Origin: PVC group bacterium
GTDB lineage: Bacteria > Auribacterota > Erginobacteria > Erginobacterales > Erginobacteraceae
Assembly (NCBI GenBank): GCA_043804695.1
Contig: JAZDIV010000110.1
Coordinates: 1-22,963, forward strand
Direction: 5' to 3'
Length of the DNA: 22,963 nucleotides
The translations under genes and the position numbers were made by a program. The notes beneath the pieces are model-generated. The model had not been told where the DNA came from, made no database searches, and saw nothing but the letters and a program-made list of their open reading frames with translations. This document shows positions 9,093-17,021 of this stretch, piece after piece; positions within the stretch are counted from its first letter, which is position 1, and every line of letters begins with the position of its first letter.

Positions 9093-9839
9093 ATGGGTGA
9101 GCAGTTATTATTAAGCAATATCCGCAGCGTCCTGGCCCGCCTGGAGGAGACGATCATCTTCGAGCTGATCGAGCGGGCCCAGTTCCGGCGGAACGACATC
9201 ATCTACCGGCCGGGCGCCCTGGGTCCGGCCCTCCGGGGCGAGAGCCTGGTCGGTTTTCACCTTTATGAGATCGAGAAGGTCCACGCCCGGATGCGGCGCT
9301 ACACCAGCCCGGACGAGCACCCGTTCTTCCCCGATCTGCCCGGGCCGCTCCTCCCCCCCCTTCATTACGCGGAAAATCCTCTCCGGCCCGATTCCGTCAA
9401 TATCAACCCCCGGATTCGCGCCGTCTATGAGAAAGAAATCGTCCCTCATGTCTGCCGTCCCGGCGACGACAATCAGTACGGATCCAGTTCGATGTGCGAT
9501 GTCACCTGCCTGCAGGCCCTTTCCAAGCGCATCCATTACGGCAAGTTTGTCGCCGAAAGCAAGTTCCGCGCCGCCCCTTCCGCTTTCCGGGAACTCTGCG
9601 TGGCCGGAGATGCAGCGGGTCTGATGGAGCGGATTACCGATCCGGAGGTTGAGGCCGGGGTGCTCAGCCGGGTCGCCTTGAAAGCGAAAACCTACTGCCG
9701 GGAGCTGACGGACGAGGGAGGGAAGGCCAAGATAGATCCCCGGATCGTGGTCGACATCTACCGGCGCTGGATAATTCCGCTGAACAAGGACGTGCAGGTG
9801 GCCTATCTGCTGGAGACCGCTTCAGCCCGCGATAACTGA
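9093..9839 (+). CDS. chorismate mutase, plant/fungal (Aro7-like) AroQ type
   Basis: LSNIR..L.RLEETIIF.LIERAQF, RRYTSPDEHPFF, GDD..YGS, LQALSKRIHYGKFVAESKF and WIIPLNKDVQVAYLL align by eye with yeast Aro7 and plant CM motifs. Confidence 0.9.
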   Translation: MGEQLLLSNIRSVLARLEETIIFELIERAQFRRNDIIYRPGALGPALRGESLVGFHLYEIEKVHARMRRYTSPDEHPFFPDLPGPLLPPLHYAENPLRPDSVNINPRIRAVYEKEIVPHVCRPGDDNQYGSSSMCDVTCLQALSKRIHYGKFVAESKFRAAPSAFRELCVAGDAAGLMERITDPEVEAGVLSRVALKAKTYCRELTDEGGKAKIDPRIVVDIYRRWIIPLNKDVQVAYLLETASARDN

Positions 9840-9841
9840 TA

Positions 9842-10064
9842 ACCACTAAGACACTAAGACACGAAGAAAAGAAAGGAAAGAGTATAATTGTTATCTTATC
9901 GTAGTGTTTTCTGGAGTCTTGCCCCGCCCCGTAGCGGAGCTGTACGGGGGTGTCCTGGTGGTAATAAATGGGGCCGAGGGGGGGGAACACAATATTCTTC
10001 TTAGTGTCTTGGTGTCTTGGTGGTTAAAAAAAGGGGCCGAGGTAGGGTTTAGTGTCTTGGTGGT
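9842..10064. repeat. ACACTAAG-family repeat cluster
   Basis: Forward arm at 9842-9866; three reverse arms GTGTCYTGGTGGT separated by GGGGCCGAGG (about 9950, 10000 and 10049). Confidence 0.7.
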
Positions 10065-10091
10065 TAAAAGCTCTGTTTTATAGGAGGAGAG

Positions 10092-11246
10092 ATGAAGGTA
10101 GTTCAATTTATCATGATTGCCGGTGTTATTTTGATAATCTCGGGCTGCGCCTCCACGCTTCAGAAATCAGCATCAAAGGGCGACCTGACAAAGGTGAACG
10201 AGCTGATTGCCGACGGCGGCGATGTGAACGTCAGAGATGATGAGGGGTGGACCCCGATCTATCACGCTCTTCAGAATAACCATGCCGCGGTGGTGGAGGC
10301 TTTGCTCGAGAACGGGGCCGATCTCAATGTCCGGGATCCCAATGGGCAGACGCCCCTTTCCTTGGCTGTCGTCTACAGCGGCATCGAAACGGTGGAGTTA
10401 ATGATCGCTGCCGGTGCCGCCGTCAATGTCGCGGACAGTCTCGGCCGAACCCCGCTCCACAACGCCGCCATCAAGGGACGCCCCGAGATAGTGGCGCTCC
10501 TCCTCTGGCAGGGGGCCGAGATCAACCCCCAGAACGACCTCGGCTGGACGCCGCTGGACGCCGCCGTCCGCCACCGCCATCCTGTCGTTGTCGCCGTGCT
10601 CCTGGAGAACGGCGCGATCGGATACTCCTATGAGGTGAGGGAGGATTTTATAAAGGAGAAACGGCTGACGGCCGCTCCGGTCGAACCGGTCCCTTTCCCG
10701 GAGATGGAGGCGGTTTTCGAAGAGCAGTACGACTCTTTCAGCGAACAGACGAATCTCGCCGTGACGTACTCCATCGAGTCTCTCCGGGGCCATCCCCCTT
10801 ACCGGGAGTACCAATCGATCCTGGGCGCCTGTTCGGGAAAACCGGAGCAGTTCTATCAGGCGGGGAAGAACGGCTGGCTGATCGGGCCCTGGCAGGAGGT
10901 CTCCCTCAGCACCGATGGGAAACTGTATCCGGATGTGAAGCTGAGCGCCGCTCTCCAGAGCGCGGTATTGTATTTCTTCTCCGACCATCCGGCCCAGTTC
11001 AAGATCGGCGATGAGATTATCGACGCCGTTCGGTCCGGGACCGCGGCCGATGCGGAAGGAGACCGGGTGATCACCCGGGGAGAGTTTCTGCTCTCCCCAT
11101 CCCTCGTAAAAAAGCTCGGCCTGGCCTCCCAGGTGACGATCCGGTTCCGGTTTGACGACAAGCCGCCCCTGACCTGGACGGTTCCTCCGCGAGTGCTTCG
11201 CGCCTGGCAGCGGTTCCTCGCCTCCGCCGAACGGTTGTTTCAATGA
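10092..11246 (+). CDS. ankyrin-repeat lipoprotein with an unknown C-terminal domain
   Basis: Signal peptide with lipobox ISG-C18; four to five ankyrin repeats (GWTPI, GQTPL, GRTPLH, GWTPL); AGGAGG RBS. Confidence 0.85.
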   Translation: MKVVQFIMIAGVILIISGCASTLQKSASKGDLTKVNELIADGGDVNVRDDEGWTPIYHALQNNHAAVVEALLENGADLNVRDPNGQTPLSLAVVYSGIETVELMIAAGAAVNVADSLGRTPLHNAAIKGRPEIVALLLWQGAEINPQNDLGWTPLDAAVRHRHPVVVAVLLENGAIGYSYEVREDFIKEKRLTAAPVEPVPFPEMEAVFEEQYDSFSEQTNLAVTYSIESLRGHPPYREYQSILGACSGKPEQFYQAGKNGWLIGPWQEVSLSTDGKLYPDVKLSAALQSAVLYFFSDHPAQFKIGDEIIDAVRSGTAADAEGDRVITRGEFLLSPSLVKKLGLASQVTIRFRFDDKPPLTWTVPPRVLRAWQRFLASAERLFQ

Positions 11247-11510
11247 GAATTAAGCGAGATAGCTATCAGCTTTTTCATTTCTTTTTATATTTTTATTTTA
11301 CCTGCGATCGAAAATAGATTATTGTCTGTAATTCTTGGAGAGAGAGACTGATAAAATCAAGTTCATGCCGGGTTGCTGTCGTAAACGCTGGAGAATAGAG
11401 CCTTTCGACCTGACGCTCTCCGCTCTCCGATATCATTCAGGAGCATGGATAAGTTTTGCTGATGGAATTAAAACAATAAAATTTTTACGCAGCAAAAATT
11501 TTAGGAGGCA

Positions 11511-12335
11511 GTGATGAAATGCATCATGACCATATTGACCGGGCTGCTTATTTTCGCCCCGCTGCTGGCGGGGGCAGAGGAGGCGGCCGACAAGTCGGTG
11601 GCTGAAGATGCCCCGGGGGAAATCCGATTTATTTTTGACTCGAAATCTCCCCCTTTCGCTTTCCGGGAAGGGGACGAAATGGTCGGTTTTGATATTGAAC
11701 TGGGAGAAGAAATCGGCAAGGCGCTGGGGAAGAAAGTCACCTGGATCGACGTGCCGTTCAATATCCGGGAATACTCCAATCTCCTGGAAGCCGGCAAAGC
11801 GGACGCCGCCCTGGCGGCCATCACGATCACCAAAATCAGAAAATACTTCGTTGATTTTACCCGCCCCTACTTTTCGACCACGCTGGCCGTCGCCACCCGG
11901 CCGGAAGAAAACTGGGACCAGCGGGCCTTCGCCCGGGGATTGGAGAACAAGATCGTGGGGGTGATGAAGGGAACGACCGGGGAAGAGTGGGCCCGCGCTA
12001 ATTTAAAGGCTGCCGTCAAGACCTACGACTCGCCGCTCAGCCTGATCCGGGCGCTGAAAGAGGGGGGGAATCTGGCTTATGCCGTCGTGATCGACTTGGC
12101 GATCCTCGACTACCTCCAGTATTGTTCGACCAGCATGTGCCAGACTCAATTCACGATCGTGGAGAAAAATCTGGCCCAGCAAGATTACGGGATCGCCGTC
12201 AGCAACGGGGCCTTCGATCTTCTGTCCGCTCTGAACGGCGCTCTGGAGCGGGCGGAGTCCAGCGGGGCGTATGACCGGATATACCGGAAGTGGTTCGGGG
12301 AGAAACTATCCGGGGAGGAAGCCGAGGAGAAATAA
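11511..12335 (+). CDS. amino-acid ABC transporter substrate-binding protein (family 3)
   Basis: Signal peptide, PPFAF, VGFDIEL, ITIT..R..VDFT.PY, VGV.KGTTGE, YGIAV, Y..IY.KWFG; AGGAGG RBS. Confidence 0.88.
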   Translation: MMKCIMTILTGLLIFAPLLAGAEEAADKSVAEDAPGEIRFIFDSKSPPFAFREGDEMVGFDIELGEEIGKALGKKVTWIDVPFNIREYSNLLEAGKADAALAAITITKIRKYFVDFTRPYFSTTLAVATRPEENWDQRAFARGLENKIVGVMKGTTGEEWARANLKAAVKTYDSPLSLIRALKEGGNLAYAVVIDLAILDYLQYCSTSMCQTQFTIVEKNLAQQDYGIAVSNGAFDLLSALNGALERAESSGAYDRIYRKWFGEKLSGEEAEEK

Positions 12336-12348
12336 CCATTGCCATTAT

Positions 12349-12548
12349 TTCGGAATTTCAATAATTCATTATTTTTTCTGCGAAATCATAATAGGTGTAC
12401 AACTTTTGACCTACAGATAATATGTGCTTCAGAAGTAGAATGTTGACTATGGTTGTAAAACATTTTTAGAGTATTGCCGATATGGTAATAATTATAGTCA
12501 ACCAGCAGACCCCCGACGCACGCGTCGGGGGTCCATTATAAAGTAGCG
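12349..12548 (+). repeat. structured ~200-bp intergenic element (copy 2)
   Basis: Homologous to 8085-8276; 15-bp stem 12442-12456 / 12488-12502 and hairpin 12508-12533. Confidence 0.7.
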
Positions 12549-12584
12549 CCGAAAGCGCTATTTTATAAAAGGGAGGAAGTTGAT

Positions 12585-13319
12585 ATGAAGAGAAAGGTTC
12601 CGACCAAGCTGCGGAAAGAGGCCTACACGATCTCGGCCGATTGGCTGGAGGGGCTGCTCCAGGCGGACGACAACGCGCCGCCGATGAAACCGATGTATTC
12701 CGTTCTGACCGATAAGGCGGGAAAGAAGAACACCGTTCTGGTCCGGCCGATCAAGCCGGCAGAGATCGACCCGGTTCTCGCCTTCCTCAAACTGACCCTG
12801 GACGCCGAGTACGACTACTACGACATCGTCGGGGCCCGGGTCTTCGCGGAACTTCTGGCCATCAAGCGGAAAAGAATGAAGGACGAGTATTTCTTCCTCG
12901 GGCTGAATAACGGGAAGCTGGTCGGGATCGCCAACGGCCGGCTGATGGACGATGAGGTGAACATCAGCCTGCACACTCTGACCTGCGAGCGGCAGGTCAA
13001 CGCCGGCGGGGTTCTTTTTTACTCCAAGTGCTGGTACGCGTTCGAGGTCTGCGGTCAGGATGAGTTCTGGGCCACCTTCGAGAGCTACAACGGCTGGATG
13101 CTGGCGGGCCTGCGGATGGCGCTGCCGTCCTACCCCTGGCCGGACATGCAGCACGAGCTGGGCGGGGCCAAGATCTTTTACCTGACCCGCGAGCTCTGGG
13201 ACTCGAGCATCAAGAAGGAATATCTCGAACAGGTGGCCCGGACTAGCTTCAAGCCGGCCTCGAAGGATCTGATCGAGAAGAACGAGAAACTGATCATCCC
13301 CAAGACGCTGGAAATATAA
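12585..13319 (+). CDS. hypothetical protein, possible GNAT-like fold
   Basis: 244 aa with strong codon bias and a GGGAGG RBS; VLVRPIKPAEI...FFLGLNNGKLVGIA pattern resembles the GNAT beta1/beta2-3 strands. Confidence 0.6.
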   Translation: MKRKVPTKLRKEAYTISADWLEGLLQADDNAPPMKPMYSVLTDKAGKKNTVLVRPIKPAEIDPVLAFLKLTLDAEYDYYDIVGARVFAELLAIKRKRMKDEYFFLGLNNGKLVGIANGRLMDDEVNISLHTLTCERQVNAGGVLFYSKCWYAFEVCGQDEFWATFESYNGWMLAGLRMALPSYPWPDMQHELGGAKIFYLTRELWDSSIKKEYLEQVARTSFKPASKDLIEKNEKLIIPKTLEI

Positions 13320-13403
13320 AGCCAACAAGGTTGGTAACCACGAAGGACACCCCGCAGAATGAACTTCGTTCATCGCGGGGCAGACTCCGTACACGAAGAA
13401 GGG

Positions 13404-13449
13404 AAAAAGAAGAGCCCCGGGAGGTTTTCTCCCGGGGCTCTTTCTTTTT
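13404..13449. terminator. bidirectional intrinsic terminator
   Basis: 13-bp stem AGAGCCCCGGGAG / CTCCCGGGGCTCT with an A-tract on the left and a T-tract on the right, between convergent genes. Confidence 0.8.
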
Positions 13450-13546
13450 ATTATGTAATCTCTTTGTCGTTGCTTTTTTGATTTTACCGGGATTGCCCGG
13501 CGATTGGGCCGGTTTTTGCTTTAGCGGCATAATAGGCGGAGCGCAA

Positions 13547-13598
13547 GCTGAGACTGATGAGCCGATAGAGCAGCTTGTTACTCGGGCGCTGGTTCGCT
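13547..13598 (-). other. degenerate attC-like remnant downstream of relE
   Basis: Begins at GCGAAC right after the relE stop; the + strand folds GCTGAG / CTC(G)GGC with a bulged G and G-T pairs; no intact GTT R' box. Confidence 0.3.
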
Positions 13599-13850
13599 AT
13601 CGATATATTTCTCCGCGGTGCCCGATCGTTACGACCAGAACGCGGAGACGGTCATCATGAATCTCGTAGATTACCCGGTCTGGCCCGATCCGAATCCGTC
13701 AAGCTGGACGAGCAGAGAGCTTTTACATCCCGGTGGGCGTGGTTCATCTGCCAGTTTGCGGATGGCTTCAATGATGCGCGCGTGATCCTGGCGGTGAATC
13801 CTCGCAAGCTGCTTCTGTGCGGCCCGAAGAATATCGACGGTGTAAGTCAC
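13597..13850 (-). pseudogene. RelE/ParE-family toxin pseudogene
   Basis: GTG start overlaps the antitoxin stop (GTGA). Reads MTYTVDILRAAQKQL...PRPPGCK, then a 1-bp deletion, then [43 protein letters not shown]. Confidence 0.88.
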
Positions 13851-14053
13851 CCGTCGTATTCCTCCCGGATTTCCCGCACTGCTTGTTCGAATGGGATGGC
13901 ATCCTGTGGGGCGCCTTTTGCGGCATCGTACGCACGGATATCATCGAGTTCCTCAAGTTCCTCGACAACCCGTTCCCATTCGACGAGGGGAAGAAGAACA
14001 GCTTTGGGCTGCTGTTTTTCGTCCACGACGTATTGTGGATGCACTGTTACCAT
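13847..14053 (-). CDS. type II antitoxin (RelB/Phd-like)
   Basis: 68 aa, acidic C-terminus (EELEELDDIRAYD), GGAGG RBS, translationally coupled to the relE remnant; palindrome GTGAAAATATAATCTCAC at 14065-14082 could be the operator. Confidence 0.75.
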   Translation of the reverse strand: MVTVHPQYVVDEKQQPKAVLLPLVEWERVVEELEELDDIRAYDAAKGAPQDAIPFEQAVREIREEYDG

Positions 14054-14132
14054 GAGCTACCTCCGTGAAAATATAATCTCACAACCGGCACCGAAATCCA
14101 ATCTTATCTTCGTCTGGTTGTCAATTCTATGA

Positions 14133-14206
14133 TTTGAACGGAGAGCTGAGCTGCCCGGACTACGGCGGAGCCGTTTGCCGGGGTCTGTTTGAGTGATTGG
14201 TTCTGC
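14133..14206 (-). other. integron attC recombination site
   Basis: Minus strand reads R'' GCAGAAC...L' GCTCAGC-5 nt-R' GTTCAAA, 74 bp. The bottom (+) strand pairs GCTGAGC / GTTT(G)AGT with an extrahelical G, then CCCGG/CCGGG and ACGGC/GCCGT. Confidence 0.72.
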
Positions 14207-14254
14207 GGCGATTTATCGTCTCAGGATACGTCAGCATTCCCGGTTTCACCGGGA

Positions 14255-14461
14255 TCGGTGAGACGATGATTGACAACTACACCAAGCGGCACCCCCCACA
14301 CTACGTCTCCCGCCCCCCCCACGCTGTACGGAGCGCGGGGGGGGGATTTTCGTTTTAGTTCCCAGTCATGATTCCACCCCGACACTTGTCCGCCGAAAAC
14401 GTGTTGAAGGCGGAAGCGGGGTGGTGGCCTGGTATCTTCTTTTTCCCCTCAGCCTCAGAAC
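14255..14461. repeat. non-coding module copy A
   Basis: GATGATTGACAACTACA..AAGCGGCA.CCCCCACACTAC, a C/G-run hairpin, TTAGTT.CCAGTCATGAT and CTCAG/TCCTCAGAAC are shared with copies B and C. Confidence 0.8.
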
Positions 14462-14545
14462 GTCGAGTTGAGCGGAACCTTGATCTGCGCAACTTGTTTA
14501 ATATTAATCAGTTGAATTCAATAGGTAGTGGAAATATTAATCAGT

Positions 14546-15355
14546 TTATTTTTGTAATACGAAGCTTTGGTAAATAGTCTCTCCGCTTTTAAACTTTTCA
14601 TAAATCTTTGAATCTTTAGTGCCGGCAAACTCGAGGAACGATTGAACCAGCGGTTTGTGAATTGTTTTTTTAATCATAGTAGTCTTGCGTTCATTATCTA
14701 ATTTCAAGGCTTCAACAATATTTAGAGTTATGTCAGTCTCTTTGATTAAAGTTAATCCTGATTTATATAGTGTTTTTCGAAGAACATCTATGTCCTTTTT
14801 ACTCCGAAGATCAGCAAAAAGAAAGTACCCGCCTTTACGAAGTACCCGCTTAACTTGACCAAGAAAGGCATCCATTGAGCCGTAACAATGGGAAGACTCG
14901 ACATTTATCACGACATCAAAACTGTTATCTGTAAAAGGTAGAGATTCGGCATTGCCAATGTCGAAAGAAAGTCCATTAAAAACATAATTCTGGTTGCAAA
15001 ATTTTACTGCATTTTCTGAAAAGTCCACACCCACCATTTTTTTAGGTTTTAAATACCGTATGATATAATCTGCACCACCTCCGCGGCCACTTCCAACTTC
15101 CAGTACATTTAAATCCCTAAGGTCAATAGTACATGCGACATGATGATACAGTTGGATACAAAAACGATTATCTGCATCTGTTTTGTCTAAATAAATTCCT
15201 TCAGTTTGATCACCTAAAGGAGCATAACCATAGTTCATGAAATTCCAGTCTTTTCTTTGATAGGATCTGGCTAAAAATTGATACCACTGTTTCCACATGA
15301 TAACTTTTAACTTAGGAGAAATACGACAAAACATTATAAATAGATTAGCTATCAT
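14546..15355 (-). CDS. class I SAM-dependent methyltransferase (phthiotriol / fatty-acid O-methyltransferase-like)
   Basis: FMNYGY, IQLYHHVA, VLEVGSGRGGG, GNAESLPF, FDVVINVESSHCY; clearly AT-rich relative to the core genes. Confidence 0.88.
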   Translation of the reverse strand: MIANLFIMFCRISPKLKVIMWKQWYQFLARSYQRKDWNFMNYGYAPLGDQTEGIYLDKTDADNRFCIQLYHHVACTIDLRDLNVLEVGSGRGGGADYIIRYLKPKKMVGVDFSENAVKFCNQNYVFNGLSFDIGNAESLPFTDNSFDVVINVESSHCYGSMDAFLGQVKRVLRKGGYFLFADLRSKKDIDVLRKTLYKSGLTLIKETDITLNIVEALKLDNERKTTMIKKTIHKPLVQSFLEFAGTKDSKIYEKFKSGETIYQSFVLQK

Positions 15356-15417
15356 TTCAGATATACCTTTACTGATTTAAAGATTAGAAATATAAATCAA
15401 TTCTTTTTTAAGCATCC

Positions 15418-15474
15418 GTCTAACGGTGAGCTGGGCAGAATCGGTCTAATGCCGAGCTGGCCCAGCGATTAGGC
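15418..15474 (-). other. degenerate attC-like site upstream of the methyltransferase
   Basis: Intact R' GTTAGAC and L' GCCCAGC at 5-nt spacing, with a perfect GCTGGGC/GCCCAGC pair; the R'' side (GCCTAAT) has a shortened spacer. Confidence 0.5.
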
Positions 15475-15508
15475 CGAAAAGCATCTCCCCGCCCAAAAAT
15501 CTATCTCA

Positions 15509-15828
15509 CTCCCCCCCGCGCGGAGCGCGAGGGGGAGGTCAAAGATCCGGCAGTATTGACGGAGGTTAGGGGAGGGGGGGATTCCCGTTTCAGTTTCCAG
15601 TCATGATCTCACCCCGACAAGCCCCGATAAATCGGGGCGGGGTGGGGTGGTGGACTTTGGTCTTTTTTCCTTTGTCTTTTTCTCAGCCTCAGAACTTTGC
15701 GGGGCAAGCCAGGACAGTTGTTGCTTTTTAGTGCAGCTGGGAACAACTAAGCGTTGGATTACCATTTTTCCGCGACAGAAAGGTTTTTCCTATTTTTCTT
15801 GATTGACACCCGGCGGCCTTATAAGTGT
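15509..15828. repeat. non-coding module copy B
   Basis: Left part matches A and C (hairpin, CAGTTTCCAGTCATGAT, CCTCAGAAC, GGGGCAAGCC.GGACAGTTG); right part matches copy D (TTGACACCCGG.GG.CTTATAAGTGT). Confidence 0.8.
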
Positions 15829-15999
15829 TATGCTTTTCTACTTATTTTGCTGCATCTTGTCCGCAGGAATATAGAACCATTCTCTTACTTGGAGGATCGG
15901 CAAATCATTTAATTCAGTTTTAATACTAGTCCTAATATCTTCAGCCAAAGGCTGATCCGCCTCTGGCTGAGGATTTTGGATTTATTTAGGATTTCGATA

Positions 16000-16380
16000 T
16001 TAGGATTTAGGATTTCCTGCTCGAAATCCTTTTCGAGCAGGGGATAGCCAGTTGGAGAGTCTTTTCTTGATGAGAGATAATCGATGTGGGTCAATTTGTC
16101 CGATCGTGCCGAGAAGAATATTGCTATCGACAATCGCCAGCCGGGAAATTTTAATAACACTCGAATTTTTAAGACCGGAGCGCGCAAAATCCTGGTCTTT
16201 CTCCGTTAATACTTCATCAAATTCCGGGATTTGCTGGGATAACTGTGAGGAGATCATGCAGATAAGCCAATCGTCATATGGCCCTGGGGATTTGCGAAGA
16301 ATAAGAGCAGGACGAAGTTTGCCTGCGGTTTGGTCGGTTTGGGGAAATCTGAAGAGAACGATTTGACCTTCCTGGATCAT
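16000..16380 (-). CDS. PemK/MazF-family toxin
   Basis: GQIVLFRFPQTD...K.RPALIL, ICMISS, SGLKNSSVI.ISRL; ATGA-type overlap with the upstream antitoxin. Confidence 0.88.
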   Translation of the reverse strand: MIQEGQIVLFRFPQTDQTAGKLRPALILRKSPGPYDDWLICMISSQLSQQIPEFDEVLTEKDQDFARSGLKNSSVIKISRLAIVDSNILLGTIGQIDPHRLSLIKKRLSNWLSPARKGFRAGNPKS

Positions 16381-16601
16381 TTATACTTCTCTTTGATATC
16401 TTTGACAGAATAAGAAGTCTGCTCGTTTTCCATGCCGCGCATTGCATATGAGAGGGAAAGTTTCGACCACTCAGATCTCTCATCAGTCTGGTTGAGGCAT
16501 CTGTTTTTTTCCTCAATAAATTCTACAAAATCGAGAACTTCTGCCTGAAGATACTCAGGTAGAATAGAGATGTGTTGAATGATTTTTTCTGCTGTCGTCA
16601 T
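16377..16601 (-). CDS. DUF2281-family putative antitoxin
   Basis: 74 aa, I..LP..LQAEVLDFVEFI motif, directly upstream of the PemK toxin. Confidence 0.8.
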   Translation of the reverse strand: MTTAEKIIQHISILPEYLQAEVLDFVEFIEEKNRCLNQTDERSEWSKLSLSYAMRGMENEQTSYSVKDIKEKYK

Positions 16602-16622
16602 TGTATGTACCCCCTTGATGAT

Positions 16623-16651
16623 ATAATAGTACCATCAGGCTCAGCGTTCAA
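16623..16651 (-). promoter_or_regulatory. sigma70-type promoter of the DUF2281/PemK operon
   Basis: TTGAAC-17 nt-TATTAT on the minus strand, overlapped by the imperfect palindrome TGATGGTACTATTATATCA. Confidence 0.55.
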
Positions 16652-16682
16652 CTAATTTACAGCACAATATGTCAGTGGGACG

Positions 16683-17015
16683 ATGACTGGAAACTAACAA
16701 GATTCTCCGGCTTGATGCGCCACCACCGACCCTGCGTCGGTGGAGCGATGATTGACAACTACAACAAGCGGCATCCCCCACACTACATCCCCCTCCTCCC
16801 CCGCGCAGAGCGCGGGGGGGAGGGGTTAGGGGGGGGATCTCCGTTTTAGTTTCCAATCTTGAACCCGCCCCGATTGATTCAATCGGGGCGGTGATCTCCA
16901 TCCTGGAATCTGTTTTTCCCGTCTCCTTTTCTCATCCTCAGAACGTTGTGGGGCAAGCCGGGACAGTTGCTTTTTTGATGCTCCCGGAAATAAAAAAGCA
17001 TGGATTATAATTTTT
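16683..17015. repeat. non-coding module copy C
   Basis: 16737-16944 matches copy A, and the match continues with B and D to about 17015; inverted repeat ATGACTGGAAACTAA (16683-16697) / TTAGTTTCCAATCTT (16846-16860). Confidence 0.8.
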
Positions 17016-17021
17016 AACAAG

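Noticed and set aside
9842..10064. Possible CRISPR array
   Set aside because: The units are inverted 8-mer-based repeats with irregular, non-unique spacing; no cas genes
13699..13701. TGA in relE as selenocysteine or recoded Trp
   Set aside because: The gene also has a frameshift, and TGA is the normal stop of many genes in this window
13575..14132. 185-aa plus-strand ORF and nearby small ORFs
   Set aside because: Antisense to the recognisable RelBE pair
15803..15833. TTGACA...TATAAG as a sigma70 promoter (also at 18545)
   Set aside because: Spacing is 11 nt to TATAAG and 20 nt to TATGCT, not 16-18; kept only as part of the repeated module
15811..15838. dif/pdif site
   Set aside because: Lacks the ATAA-N6-TTATGTTAAAT geometry
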